Both the position numbers and the translations under genes were made by a program. Positions 1-11,910 of a stretch of 64,000 bases of DNA are shown here, piece by piece. The stretch's first letter is position 1, and each line of letters starts with the position of its first letter. The notes beneath the pieces are model-generated. The model had not been told where the DNA came from. It did not search any database and worked only from the letters and a program-made list of their open reading frames with translations. The stretch comes from Phaeosaccion multiseriatum. Taxonomy: Eukaryota; Protista; Ochrophyta, other classes. The stretch lies in assembly GCA_965112735.1 (NCBI GenBank), contig OZ218952.1:3596001-3660000 (forward strand). Reading direction: 5' to 3'.

Positions 1-167
1 ACCCATACAATACAAACGAAAAAGGCAAAGGTGATTTGTGGAGAGGTGGGAAGAGGGCATTTGATGGTGTGGACGCTTGGAGGAAAGACATTGGCCGCCT
101 GTCGAATCTTACGGCAAGTGTGACCACAACTCAAGGCGACACTGATGCTGATGCTGATGCTGCTTAC

Positions 168-724
168 GTTACTCTAGGGGCGACCGCCGTCGATCCATCT
201 GCATTGACGGTAGTGACGGTGGAGGTTGTGTACATGGGAAGCGATACGAACATCTGAGACAGACGGGGCGGGGATGCAAAGGGTGGGGTGGGAGGGAGCT
301 GAAGAAATTAGCCACAGCAAAAACCCATCTTTGTGATTGCAATGGGCCCTTATCCCCCTACTCTCACCTCCTCTTGCTCCTCGCGCCTCGGCCGGCCCCC
401 CTCTTCATCTTGTTGTTCCTCCACCGCTTTCCGAAGCCGCCTACTGCATCTCCTTGGCTGCCTATTGCCGCCTCCCTCTCCATCCACCAACTCCGACCCC
501 GTCTCTGGCCGGGCCCTGATTCTTTCCGCTCTTCTCCTCTTCGTCGCCGCAACCGCCCCTAACACAGCCGGCCGTCTGAGTAAGTCAAGTTCTTCCATCA
601 TCCTCGCATTCCGCTCCATGTTTCTTTGCCGCAAGACCACGATTTCGGGCACATGGTCAACATTGTCAGTTGCTGCTCTTGGTGCTGTTGCTATGGAAGC
701 CTCCGTAGTCTCCTCGGCTGCCAT
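168..724 (-). CDS. Partial multi-exon gene running off the left edge; uncharacterised, possibly nuclear (LRQRNMERNARMMEELDL motif, basic NLS-like stretch)
   Basis: Exon 724-368 (ATG to GAG|GTGAGA, phase 0) joins exon 253-168 (ctcag|ATGTTC to AC|GTAAG) in frame. No diagnostic domain is visible. Confidence 0.45.
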
Positions 725-935
725 CTGAAGGGGCATGGATTGTACTAATTAATTAAAGATAATGAAAGAGTTTTCTGGCCATGGTCTCGCTGATGTGAAG
801 GGAGTAAAGGTGAATCGGTGAAGGTGTGAAAGGATTTGAAAGTTTGTCTAAAAGTAATGTCTCAGGTGGTGAGCCAAACGACGTCGCCATTTGTCCCTGT
901 GATCTGGTGATTATCGTTGATGTCTCCATCGCTCT

Positions 936-1185
936 TCGGCTCCAGCAGGCAGGGCTTCTCTGGGCCTGGCCCCCCGATAAGCAGAAGCCTGAAGCGGCCT
1001 GCGGCCGAAAGCAAGAAGCCCGGGGCTGGCCTGCGGCCAGTAGCCTGCATAATCTCCCCCCCCCCCCCCCTGAGCCCCCCTGAGAAGCCTAAAGCCCAGA
1101 CTGCTGGCCTGCGGCCAGAAGCCCGAAGCCTGGAGGGGGCTATGGCCCAGAAGCCCGGAGCCCGAGAAGCCCTGCCTGGAGCCGA
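936..1185. mobile_element. MITE (non-autonomous DNA transposon), ~250 bp
   Basis: Terminal inverted repeats TCGGCTCCAG(CAG)GCAGGGCTTCTC / GAGAAGCCCTGCCTGGAGCCGA. Flanking direct repeat CGCTCT at 930-935 and 1186-1191 (or 8 bp t/aCGCTCTT with 1 mismatch). Internal AGAAGCC and GGCCTGCGGCC subterminal repeats. Confidence 0.7.
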
Positions 1186-1204
1186 CGCTCTTCCTTTTCT
1201 TCAA

Positions 1205-1345
1205 CACCCTGCTTCTCCTGCAAATATACCAGCACCGCGGGCTTGAGAACGCTGACGCCGTCCTCACTGCCCTGGCCTCGGCCTATGATGACCTTGATCT
1301 CAGCCCCCGACTTCGCCTCTGAGAGCACGAAGCGCTGCCTCGCTC
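1205..1345 (-). pseudogene. 3' fragment of a PPR-Smr gene (Smr domain only)
   Basis: Reverse complement matches ~41215-41357 (VLSEAKSGAEIKVIIGRGQGSEDGVSVLKPAVLVYLQE vs VLSEAKSGAEIKVITGRGRGSEDGVSVLKPVVLAYLQE). It has a 5-bp deletion (cgtcacgtg to cgtg) and no PPR repeats upstream. Confidence 0.85.
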
Positions 1346-1444
1346 GAGTGACAGGGCCAGTTTGCGCTTCAGTTTCGTCCCTCTTCGAATGGGTCGACTG
1401 TTCTTTCGTCTCGCCTCTCAGCTCTGTGCGTACTCTGCTCTCTT

Positions 1445-4400
1445 TCATTCCGCCCACGCTGGCCGGCCTGCGTCTCTACTACCGAGCCCCCATCTTTGGC
1501 CGTTCATATGATTACCCACATGACTACTGGTACCACAGCTACCGCTGCTGCTGCTACCGAGCGAAGTGCAGACATAGGCGGACCACAGTAAGGGTAGCCG
1601 GGTGGATGCAAAGCACGCCAAGAAGGCCGTCGCCAAGAGCACCCCCAGGCCTCTCCCCACCATGGAGCTGATGGGAAGGCCGTTCAGGCCGCGGAGGTAG
1701 CTCTGCATGGAGAGCCATGCCAACGAGAGCGTCAGTACGGCGGCGTATAGTAAGCTCTCCTGCACCAGAGACGAAGCAAGACCCCCCGATCCTGACCCTG
1801 ACCCTGGCGCTTTCCCCCCCTCTCCTCCTGCTCCTCCTCCTCGTCTTCCTCGTCCTCCTCGTCCTCCTTCTCGTCCTGCGACCGCGTCGGCAAGCACGAG
1901 AAGCACACTGTCCTCCAGCCGCCCCTCCCTGGCCATTCGACTCGCCACCGCACACACAGCCTTGAGATAGGCTCCTCCTAACCCCAGTAGCGCCACAAAG
2001 GTCGTCCAGAAGAAGAGCAGCCAGCAGGCTGGGGGCGAGAGGGGCAGCCCACCCCGCCAGTAGGCCACTCGCTCGCGAACCGTCACCACACTGGCAAAGG
2101 CCACGCCGAGGGCGAGGAGGAGTGTGAGAAGGCCCATGGCGGTGTGGTACAGCTGGCCCGTCAGGGAGTACGGGTCGACCACACAAGGCCTGCGCCGCCG
2201 GGACTGCTGCGGGTGTATCACCAATTGCTGCGGCTGCTGCTGCACAGAATGGTTCTGATGATGTGGTAGCTGATACTGCTGTTGCTGCTGCTTCTGCTGC
2301 TGCTGCTGCTGTTGCTGCTGCCGCTGCTGCTGTTGTTGTTGCTGCTGTTGCTGCCTTGTCCGATGGCTCCTGCCCCAGACCACTCCAGGCATGGTCATCC
2401 GATAGGCGCCGGACACCAACACCAGCCCCACCCGCGCTGCGCTGAGCCCCACCCTGCATATTCTCCCGACTGCCCTCGCGCCAAGGGCTCCTGTTATGGC
2501 GGCTGCACCTCGCCAGCCCCCAGCCACAGCAGGAGCCGCAGCCGCAGCAAGAGCCGCAGAAGGCCCTGCTCCTCCACCCCCTCCTCCTCCCGCTGCTACT
2601 GGTGCCTCCGCGTTGGTCCTCAATGCAATGCACAGACCTCGCCACAGCGTATAGGCAAAGAGGAGTGGCGGACCGATGCAAACCAGAGCGGAGACGACCC
2701 ACACCGACACGAGGGGTACGTGGTACGAAGAAGATGAAGCTACCGCTCTCTCCACACCACCCAACCCGCCAACGCCCCCACCCACGCCGGTGGCTATGCC
2801 TCCGGAGGGTGAGATTGTGTTGTAGGTGGCCTGCCACAGATCAACAAATGGCAGCAGCGGCAAACTCCACCACTGCCAGGGCTTGGCGGTCCCGAAGGTG
2901 TAGTGCAAGATACGCACTCGCTTGCGCTCCTGCCACGCCGGGGGTGCGTCCTCCATATGTTGTTGTACAGTCTTTTCATACGTAAATGCATGCATACGTA
3001 CATATGTACATGTATACATACATACATACATACATACATACATACATGATACATACGTACGTACCAAAAAGGAGGAGGGGATGGGAGAGACGGCGAGGGG
3101 GGAAGAGGTCGCCAGGGATGCGGTCAGTAAGTCAGTAGTGAGTCAGGCAGGCAGGCAGTCAGTTAGTCAGTCAGTCAGTCAGGCAGCCAGTCAGTCAAGC
3201 CAGCCAGACCGACGAGTGCGGAAGACAGGCAGGCGAATGGGTAAGACAAGGGGATGGTCTAGTGCAGAAGATGGGGCCACTGCGCAGTGGCAAACACGTG
3301 TGAAAAAACCATTCGCCTTCTGAAAACGCTTGCATTCCTTTCGAGGAGAGCTCAAGTGGCAGTGGGGGAGAGCGCGTTTCAAGTCGAGCAGGCCTGAGGC
3401 TGTTGCCATGGCCAAGAGGCGCAGGAAGATGTAGCGGGGTCAACGTCCGTAGGGGAGCTCTCCCTCTCTCTCTCTCTGTCTCTCTCTCTGTTGGTCTTGC
3501 TCTTCTTCTCTCACCTGCTCTCTCTTTTCCCCCTCTCTACCCCTCCCTTTTCTCTGTCCCTTTTCACTCTTTCTCTTTCTCTTTCCTCTCTGTCTTTCCC
3601 TCTCCTTCTCGCTCTCCTTCTCTTGTCACTCCCTTTCTCTTCCTCTCTAGACAACTCTATGCCTCGTACCTGCACGTCGCCGTTGACGAAGAGGAGGGGC
3701 CAATCGCCGTTATATCGCGTGGGCAACCTTTGGTCGACACGGTTCAAGCAAGAGCGTTAGTTGGCAGCATAACCAGGCCACAAGACCAAGGAAGGAGCAC
3801 AGGTCGTGAGGGCAAAGGACAGACCAGAGTGCCGAGTGGGGCGGGGGGGGGCATGACAAGGCCATCGATCGATACACGGAAAACACGCAGGCATTGCGGG
3901 CTAAGGACAAGCGTACAAAGAGAGAGGGTGGAGTAATGGGTTTATTTACCCCAAGACTCGTGGCAAAGGGCGGTAAGTAGGTAGGTATGTAGGTAGGTGG
4001 GTGGGTGGGTAGGGAGGTATGAAGTAGGTAGGTAGGTAGGTAGGTGGGAAGGCAGGTGGGTAGGTAGGTAGGTAGGCAGGTAGGTACGCAGGTCGGAAGG
4101 TAGGGAGGTAGGTAGGCAGGCAGGCAGGTAGGTAGGAAGGTAGGTAGGTAGGCAGTGAAGTTAACGGGGGGTGACAAGCCTGACCACCATGCGCCCACCT
4201 TCTACACTGCAGATCCGGTGTCGACGCTTCCTGCACCATCAACTGCTCCTCCTCCCGCTGCGTTGCATGCAGCGAAGAGAAGGGCTCGAAGAGAGGGCAC
4301 GCGGCGAAGTCCGGATAGTAGCTGTTGAAGAAGCCCTGATCCCCCCCCGTGTAACTGTCGAGCACGCCAAGTTTGCTCTGCATGTCCGTGTACCGTTCCA

Positions 4401-5497
4401 GAGACGGCGTTATGACGAGGGTGCCGCTGTTCAGCAGCTCGGAGTGGCGCATCACTGCGCAGAAACCCTCGCAGTCAAAGAGCTGTGTGGGGTGTGAGGG
4501 GGTGGTGGGGTGGAGGGGAGAGGAAGGGGAAAGAGGAAAATAAGGAACAGAAAGGGATTCATCAAGGGTAGGTCCGCAGAGGTAAGTAGGCCCAAATGGG
4601 ATGGTAACCGAAGGTACCCCTCGATAAATGTAGATGGCAACAGATGGTACCCAATGGTAAGTAAGTACCTCGTCGATGTTCTCGAGGATGAGCATGTCGC
4701 TGTCGAGGAAAACCACGCGCTGGTACTCCGTCATGGTGTACATCTTGAGCTTGGTATACACGTTGAGGAGGCGGCCCTGGAAGTGGTCGTTTGGGTTCAC
4801 CATCACGGAGACGGGCATCACCCTGTGTGTGTGTATTGGGGAGGAGGAGGAGGAGGAGGAGGAGGAGGAGGAGGAGGAGGGGGAGGAGAAGGGGGGGGAG
4901 GAAACGAGGAAATGAGGAAGGGTAGGGGGGGTGCGGGTGGGGGAGCTATTCGGAGAGGCGGAGAGACAGAGAGAAAGAGAGAGGGAGATGGGGACCCGAG
5001 CGTCGAGGTGTATTCAGCCAAAGCGCCACTCCGAGCCGCGCTGCCTCACTCCGATGAAAATCGACACGCCGCAGGTACAGACGGAGGCCGCGGCAGAAGT
5101 ATTCTCTATCTCCCATCTCCGCCGCCCCTCTCCCCTCTCTTCCACAGCCCAGATGCATGCGCGTGACGCTGAGCAGGTAGCCACAGCGTTCTCACCTCCA
5201 CCCGTCGGCCGCGAGCAGACTCCGGGCTTCTGCGGTCACGTCTGGGGTGACGAGGACCACCCGCTCTGCCTTGCTCTTCGTTCTCTCCAGGCTCCTCCCC
5301 AGCGCTCTCGTACCCTCCACGAAGTCGCTGTAGAGGAGAGTCATAAAAGCGTAGCGCGGGGAGGATGATGGATCCCCAACCGCACCGACGCCTCCAGCAG
5401 CAGCCGCCAAGCCGGGGCCGTCCCTCTGCACCAGCAAGGACCGACGGTGGTCATGCTCCTCCTCCTCCTCTTTCTCCTCCTCCTGATGCTGCTGCAT
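1445..5497 (-). CDS. IPUT1: GT8 glycosyltransferase, inositol phosphorylceramide glucuronosyltransferase (IPUT1/PGSIP6)-like, with C-terminal TM helices
   Basis: Exons 5497-5196, 4822-4669, 4482-4199, 3727-3670 and 2971-1445 have compatible phases. Motifs: AFMTLLYSDFVEGTRALGRSL, YTKLKMYTMTEYQRVVFLDSD (DxD), HSELLNSG, SYTGGDQGFFNSYYPDF, LHYTFGTAKPWQWW. The true 5' end is uncertain. Confidence 0.85.
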
Positions 5498-5639
5498 CTC
5501 TTGCCCGCGAGTGAGCGAGTGAATCGGAGACTCGATCTCGAAGGAGTGTGCTATACAGAACTACATTACATATTATACTACACCCAGAGGACATGTATAC
5601 ATTAGAAGGGGAATTGGAATCGTGCTTGAGGAGTTGGTT

Positions 5640-8600
5640 ATGCGATTTTTCACAGATGTGGCTGTACAGAGCTTATCGGGGGGAGGGCTCGCACGCGAAA
5701 ATAATACCGACAGGAGAGAGGTGGTAATGCAGGATCAGAATGGCACATTCGCTGGAGAGGCGCTCGAAATGGCGTTGCTGAAGGCCTCTCTCCTGGAATG
5801 CCAGCCTCACACGCAGCGCTTCATCCAGCCCCTGCTGAAGCTGGCAGCAGTGCAGCACATGCTCCTCGTCTTCAGCAAAGTACGTACAAGCAAGGGCCTA
5901 CAATGACCGACTGAAGTATTGAGCGGCGGCACATGCCTTTCTTTCTCGCCCTACTTCTCTTCCCCTGTTGAACTGACTCTCCCCTTCCACCCCCCGTGGC
6001 CGGCCCACCCGCCTCTCCTTCTTTTCCTAGCCCTGCTCACTCAACCCCCCTTCTCCAACGACCATCTCCCTCCCTCCCTCCTTCTCCCCTCCCCCCCTTT
6101 TGCCACCCAGGATACATCAAAGTCTCTGGAAGAGTGGATTTGGGACCCTATCGCTCACGAGAAGCTTCAATACGCGAGAAGCATTGTCGAGGTGACGGGA
6201 GGTGAGTGGAGGGCGGGTGGAACTCTGACAATAAGGAGAGCGAGGGAGCGAGGATGACAAATGGCTTGAGTACTTGCCCGAACGATGAGTACCTCGGCAG
6301 GTAGAGAAGCAGAAGATCGTGCTCCATGGAAGCCACATCCGAGCTGCTTGTCTTGTTCGCTCGGGGGGGGGGGGGTGCCAATGGCGTCCCCTCCCGCCTC
6401 TTCCCTCTCCCCCCATCATCCTTCTGCACTTCCTAGTACACTGTTCACTACTACTTCATGCCTGTCAGCCTCACCTGACCCAATCCACCCTCCCCCCCGC
6501 GGCCCTACTTGGAGCTCCTGCTTGCACTACACCTAGTACCCACTTACAAACTAACATTACCTAACATTACCTAACTACCTCGTGTCCAAGGCGAGGAGGG
6601 GGCTCTCGGAGCGCCGTTCGTCCAACAGCTGAAGGATTTGAGCGACGGCAAACTCGAAGGTCCCGCCCTGGGGAGAGTCCTTGGCGTACCACCACCTCCT
6701 GCTGGAGAGTCACCAACTGCTGCAGGTGGGGCTGCTGAGGCTGCTGCTCCGGCTTCTTCGGGAGGGGTTGAGGAGGGGTGGGGCATCCCAGACCCGAGAC
6801 CAGCAGCAGGAGAAGGAGAAGAGGACGGCTTGGGGGGGTGGAGCCAGCGAGCAGAGGAGGAGGAGGAGGAGGAGGAGGAGGAGGAGGAGGAGGAAGACGA
6901 GGGAGGACAGACGGGAGAGGCAGCGGAGGGGCGACAAGCGCGGAGGGAGGCAGCGCAGGCAGAGCAGCGGCTGAACAAGCTCTTGGTACAAGTGGAGGGT
7001 CTGCGGAGTGAAGGGGGGGAACTCATGGCCAAGAGAGAGTACAAGTACGCAGCGCAAAGCTTCGATCGGGCAGGGGAGATGCTGGCAGAGGTCAAGGCCG
7101 TGTCTGTGGAGGCCCAACAGGCGATCAACGGCGCCAAGTTGGGGTGTTGGACCAACGCGGCAATGGCGGCATGCAAGGATAAGGATTTCAGTTTGGGAGT
7201 AGCGTTGTGCACTCGGGCCCTGAAGGAGTGCTGCGGAGGGGAGGAGGAGGAGGGGGAGGGGGAAGGGGGAGGGAAGGAGGGGGAGGAGCAGAGGGAGGAG
7301 GGAGTGAAGGGGGAGGCGGGCGAAATGGAGCAAGGGGAAGTAACAGGACGAGCAGGCGACGGTGTTGGTGGCGGTGAGGTTGATACGGCTGCTGTGAGTG
7401 GGCTGAGGGCGTGGTTCTGGAGGGCAAAGGCCAAAATCGGACTGCGGATGTACGATGCCGCTCTGCAAGATCTGCAGGTTAGTACGGACTCACCCCCACT
7501 CTCACCTTTACCCACCCTCACCCTCACCCTCACCCTCACTCTCACCCTCACTCTCACCCTCACCCTCACCCTCACTCACCCTCATCCTCACCCTCACCCT
7601 CACTCTCACTCTTGCCCTCATGCTCACCCTCACTCTCATCCTCACCCTCAAACTCACCCTCTCCTCACCCCCACCCTCACCCTCAAACCTCACCCTCAAA
7701 CCTCACCCTCACCCTCAAACCTGGCCCTCTTCCCCACCCTCACCCTCAACCTCATCCTCAAACTCACCTTCACATGCCCATACGCTTGCCCATACGCCTC
7801 ACCCTCACCTCGCCCCATATCATCCTCTCTCACCTGCCTGCCCATATGCCTGCCCATATGCCTGCCCATATGCCTGTCCGTATGCCTGCCCATACGCCTG
7901 CCCATATGCCTACCCATATGCCTGCCCATATGCCTGCCCCTATGCCTGCCCATATGCCTGCCCATATGCCCCACCCTCATCTGCCTGTTTACCTGCCGTT
8001 ACGCCTGCCCATATGCCTGCCCATACCCTCCTGAAGCTGGCACACGAATCCGACCCTCTTGACGAGGAAATAGACGTGCTAAGGCGACGTGTGATGCTTA
8101 AGCTGAGGCAGCTCAAGGAGGGCAGGGCCAAGGCACACGTGGACAAGGGGGAGAGGGACGAAAGGGAGGGGAGGGAGAAGGACGAGCAAAGGCGGATGAA
8201 GGAGGAGGACGACCTTGGTATGTATGCGTATGTGTGCGTACGTGTGGTCTGTCTCTCATGCGACGACCGCGACCTGCTGGCTCGGCGTCACCTCCTCTCA
8301 CCCTCTCACCCACTTTTCTCCCATCCACTACCATCCCCCTCCCACCCTCTCCCCCTCCTCTCCCCCATCCACTGCCATACTCTCCCTTCCTTTCTTCCAC
8401 GTCTTCGTGGAACTCTCTGCGGCACACACTTCTCTTCCGCATCCACGGCCATCCACTGCCATCGGCCACCATCCCCTACCATTCAACCACCTAGTGCCCG
8501 TAACCTCCTTGATACTCCGCTTGGGTCTGGTTCTGGTTTTTGCTGCCCCCCCCCCCCCCCCCCCTTCCCTTCGCATCTCGTGTTGTTCCATTCCATAGCG

Positions 8601-11600
8601 TGGGTGCCCCCCCGACCCCCGACCCTGAGGGACAGCCCCAAGACCGCGACAATGCTCCTTAACGAGTGGGGCATGAAGGGAAAGTTCCACATTGGCACAC
8701 GCATCACGTCAGTGGGGGGGGGGCAGGGAGGGCCGTTTCAGTGTGTTTACTCGCTCAGGAACAAGGTGAGGGGGGAGAGGATGGGGACCGGGGAGGAGGA
8801 GGAGGGGGGGGAGGAGGAGCAGCAGCAGCAGCAGGAGGAGGAGGAGGAGTGAGGAGGTTCGAAATACCTCTCACATCACTAATCGCTCTTCTTACTACTA
8901 CCACCCTTGTATCCCCAACTGCCCTACTTCAACACAGATGACCGCCTCCGGAGAGGGCCCCTCCATGAAGGTTGCAAAGCACGAGGCCTCCGCCAAGCTC
9001 CTAACGGCCGCTGCCAAGCTCTGGAACGACAGTTACAGAAACCACGCTGACCTGGCCCGAAGGGATGCCCCGGGGGGGCTCATCGACCTCTTGCAGATGC
9101 AACCTTCGTTGACTTACAAAGAGGCGGCAGAGGAGAGGGCGCGGGTGGTGGCGGCGGCGGCAGGGGGGGGCGGAGGAGGCACTGAGGGGGGCGTGTCGGA
9201 AGGGTTCGAGGCGTATGCTCAGGCTTGGATTGACGTGGTGTCGGGCCAAGGGTGAGTGGTGGGCGAAGGGCAAGGCGGTGTGTATGTGTGTGTGTGTGCG
9301 AGCGTGTGTGTGTGCGTGCGCGTGTGCTCACGATCTAAAGGGGTGAGGGTGGTGGTCAATATTTCATTCACGGTACCGTGCTGTGTCAGGCAAGTGAGTC
9401 GCCTCTTATGTTTGTCTCTCTCTCTTCCTCCCTCCCTTCCCCATCCACATCCTCTGCCATCCATCCATCCCTCCCCTCTCCATCCACTGCCATCCCCGAT
9501 CCCCCCACCTCAGTGCGGACACGCTCTTCTTCCCTGCCTCTCTGAGCAAGAAGGAGCGGCACCGCCTCCACGAGTTATCGCAGCTGCAAGAGAGCCCAGA
9601 GCTTTTGTCAAAGTCCTCTTCGTAAGTGGCCAAGAGGAGGGAGGGAGGAGGAGAGGGAGGAGGAGGAGGAGGAGGAGAGAGAGGGAGGGGGAAGTGAGGG
9701 CGGGGAGGGAGGGAGGGAGGGAGGGAGGGAAGAAGGGAGGGAGGGTAGCTGCAAGAAAGCCCAGAGCTTTTATCAAAGTCCCCCTTCGTAAGCGACCAAG
9801 AGGAGGGAGCGAATCTTTTGCGTACATAGTCTCTCTCTTTGGCCCCGCCTCACAACCTCGTCCCTCTTGCCCCTCCCCCCCACCCTCCCTCCCCCTTCCT
9901 CCCTGTGTATCACCAACAGCTCAAGGGGCGCGAGGTCCATCTGTGTGATGAAGCGCAGCATCATGACTGGGCTCAGTGCCCTGGAGGAGGGCGCGCGTGA
10001 CCCCATCACGTTGGTAATCCCCTCCTCCTCCAACTCTCCTCTCTGCCTCCCCACCGACCTTCCCTCGCTCGAGTCCATCCGCCGGCAGAAGGAGGAAGAC
10101 TCCGCCATCAAACAGCTTACCGCTACCGCAAACGAAGCTGCTCCTACCCTTTCTGCGAGTATCCCTCCTGTTGCTAGCTCTTCTCCTCCTCCTCCTGCTA
10201 CTACTACTACTACTACTACTACTATTACTACTACGCCCACTACTCAGCAAGGCAGCGGAGCGGGCGAGGTCGAGGCTCGGACAGGGGCAGGGGATGGCGC
10301 AAAAGTAGCGATGGAGGCAAAGGGAGCAGCAATGGCAGCGACAAGGGCAGGGGGTGGGGGTGGCGGTGCCGGGGGCGTGTCGGAGGCGTTTGAGGCGTAT
10401 GCGCAGGCTTGGATTGACATGGTGTCGGGCGAACGGTGAGTGACTGGGGAGGTGTGTGTGTTGCATGTGTGCGTTTGTACATGTCTGTGTGTGTGTGCGT
10501 GTGTGTGCGTGCGTGTGTGTGTGTGCGTGTGTGTGCGTGTGTGTGTGCGTGTGCGTGTGTGTGCGTGTGTGTGTGTGCGTGTGTGTGCGTGTGTGTGTGC
10601 GTTTGTACATGTGTGTGCAAGTGCGCGCGTGTGTCTGCGTCTGTGTTTGTGTGTGTGCGTGTGTGTGTGCGTGTGTATCTGTGTGTGTGCGTGTATGTGC
10701 GTGCATGCTCAATCCAAAGTATGTGTGGGTGGTGGTTCTATGGGCAATATTTCAGTCCCGGTACGCTTCAGTGTAAGGCAGCATGGCACTATCCCCTCTT
10801 TTATGCCTCTCTCCCTCCCCATCAACTGCCACCCCCCTACCTCTCCCGTCGACTGCCATCCACCTCCCTCCCTATCCACTGCCATCGATCCATCCCTTCC
10901 CTCCCCATCCACTGCCATCCCCCATCCCCCCCACCTCAGTGCGGACACGCTCTTCTTCCCTGCCTCTCTGAGCAAGAAGGAGCGGCACCGCCTCCACGAG
11001 TTATCGCAGCTTCAAGAGAGCCCAGAGCTTTTGTCAAAGTCCTCTTCGTAAGTGGCCAAGAGGAGGGAGGGAGGGAGAGAGGGAGGAGGAGGAGGAGGAG
11101 AGAGAGGGAGGGGGAAGTGAGGGCGGGGAGGGAGGAAGGGAGGGCGGGGAGGGAGGAAGGGAGGGAGGGAGGGAGGGAGGGAGGGAGGGAGGGAGGGAGG
11201 GAGGGAGCTGCATGGGAGCCCAGAGCTTGTCTCGAAGTCGTCTCTGTAAGTGACTGAGGGACGTGGGGAGGGAGATCGATGTATGGCTCCGACCTCGTCT
11301 CTCGACTCCGATTCCTAAACCTTTTGCCAACACTCGCAAAGCCCGTCCTCACAACCTCGTCTCGTCCATCCCTTTTTCGCTCCCTCCCTCCCTCCCTCTC
11401 CCTCCCTTCCCCCCTCCCTCCCTCCCTCCCTCCCTCCCCCCCTCCCTCTCTCCCTCTCTCCCTCCCTCCCTCTCTCTCTCCCTCCTTCTCTCCCTCCCTC
11501 CCTCCCTCCATCCATCCCTCCCTCCTTTTTTCGCTCTCGCTCTCCCTCCCTCCCCCTTCCTCCCTGTGTATCACCAACAGCTCAAGGGGCGCGAGGTCCA

Positions 11601-11854
11601 TCTGTGTGATGAAGCGCAGCATCATGACTGGGCTCAGTGCCCTGGAGGAGGGCGCGCGTGACCCCATCACGTTGGTAATCCCCTCCTCCTCCAACTCTCC
11701 TCTCTGCCTCCCCACCGACCTTCCCTCGCTCGAGTCCATCCGGCGGCAGGAGGATACTGCTATTGCTACCACTATTCCTACTCCTCCTCCTACTACTACT
11801 ACTACTGCTGCTGCTACTACTACTGCTACCACTACTGCTTCTACTATTCAATAG
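5640..11854 (+). CDS. Multi-domain RNA-binding protein: TPR + dsRBD + two R3H domains
   Basis: Exons ~5640-5879, 6111-6191, 6301-~6354, ~6591-7477 (TPR: [11 protein letters not shown]...[23 protein letters not shown]), 8037-8217, 8599-8765 and 8938-9251 (dsRBD: [11 protein letters not shown]...[10 protein letters not shown]...[20 protein letters not shown]), 9514-9621 and 9920-10435 (R3H: [18 protein letters not shown]...[16 protein letters not shown]), 10940-11047 and 11581-11854 (second R3H). Phases check from 7477 onward; the 5' exon joins are less certain. Confidence 0.75.
7500..8025. repeat. Intronic (ACCCTC)n tract followed by a 12-bp (CCTGCCCATATG)n minisatellite
   Basis: Directly visible tandem units. 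Confidence 0.9.
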
Positions 11855-11910
11855 AACAGCGGAGTGGGCGAGGGCGAGGCTGGACAGGGGCAGGGGCAGG
11901 GGATGGCAGT
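9190..11910 (+). repeat. Tandem intragenic duplication of the exon-intron unit encoding R3H
   Basis: 9514-9621 is nearly identical to 10940-11047; 9900-10090 matches 11561-11750; 9190-9260 matches 10370-10440. Confidence 0.9.

Noticed and set aside
7500-7760. Interstitial telomere ((ACCCTC)n here; (TCAGGG)n at 29377-29460)
   Set aside because: These are not canonical TTAGGG/TTTAGGG repeats and lie inside ordinary introns among many other microsatellites.
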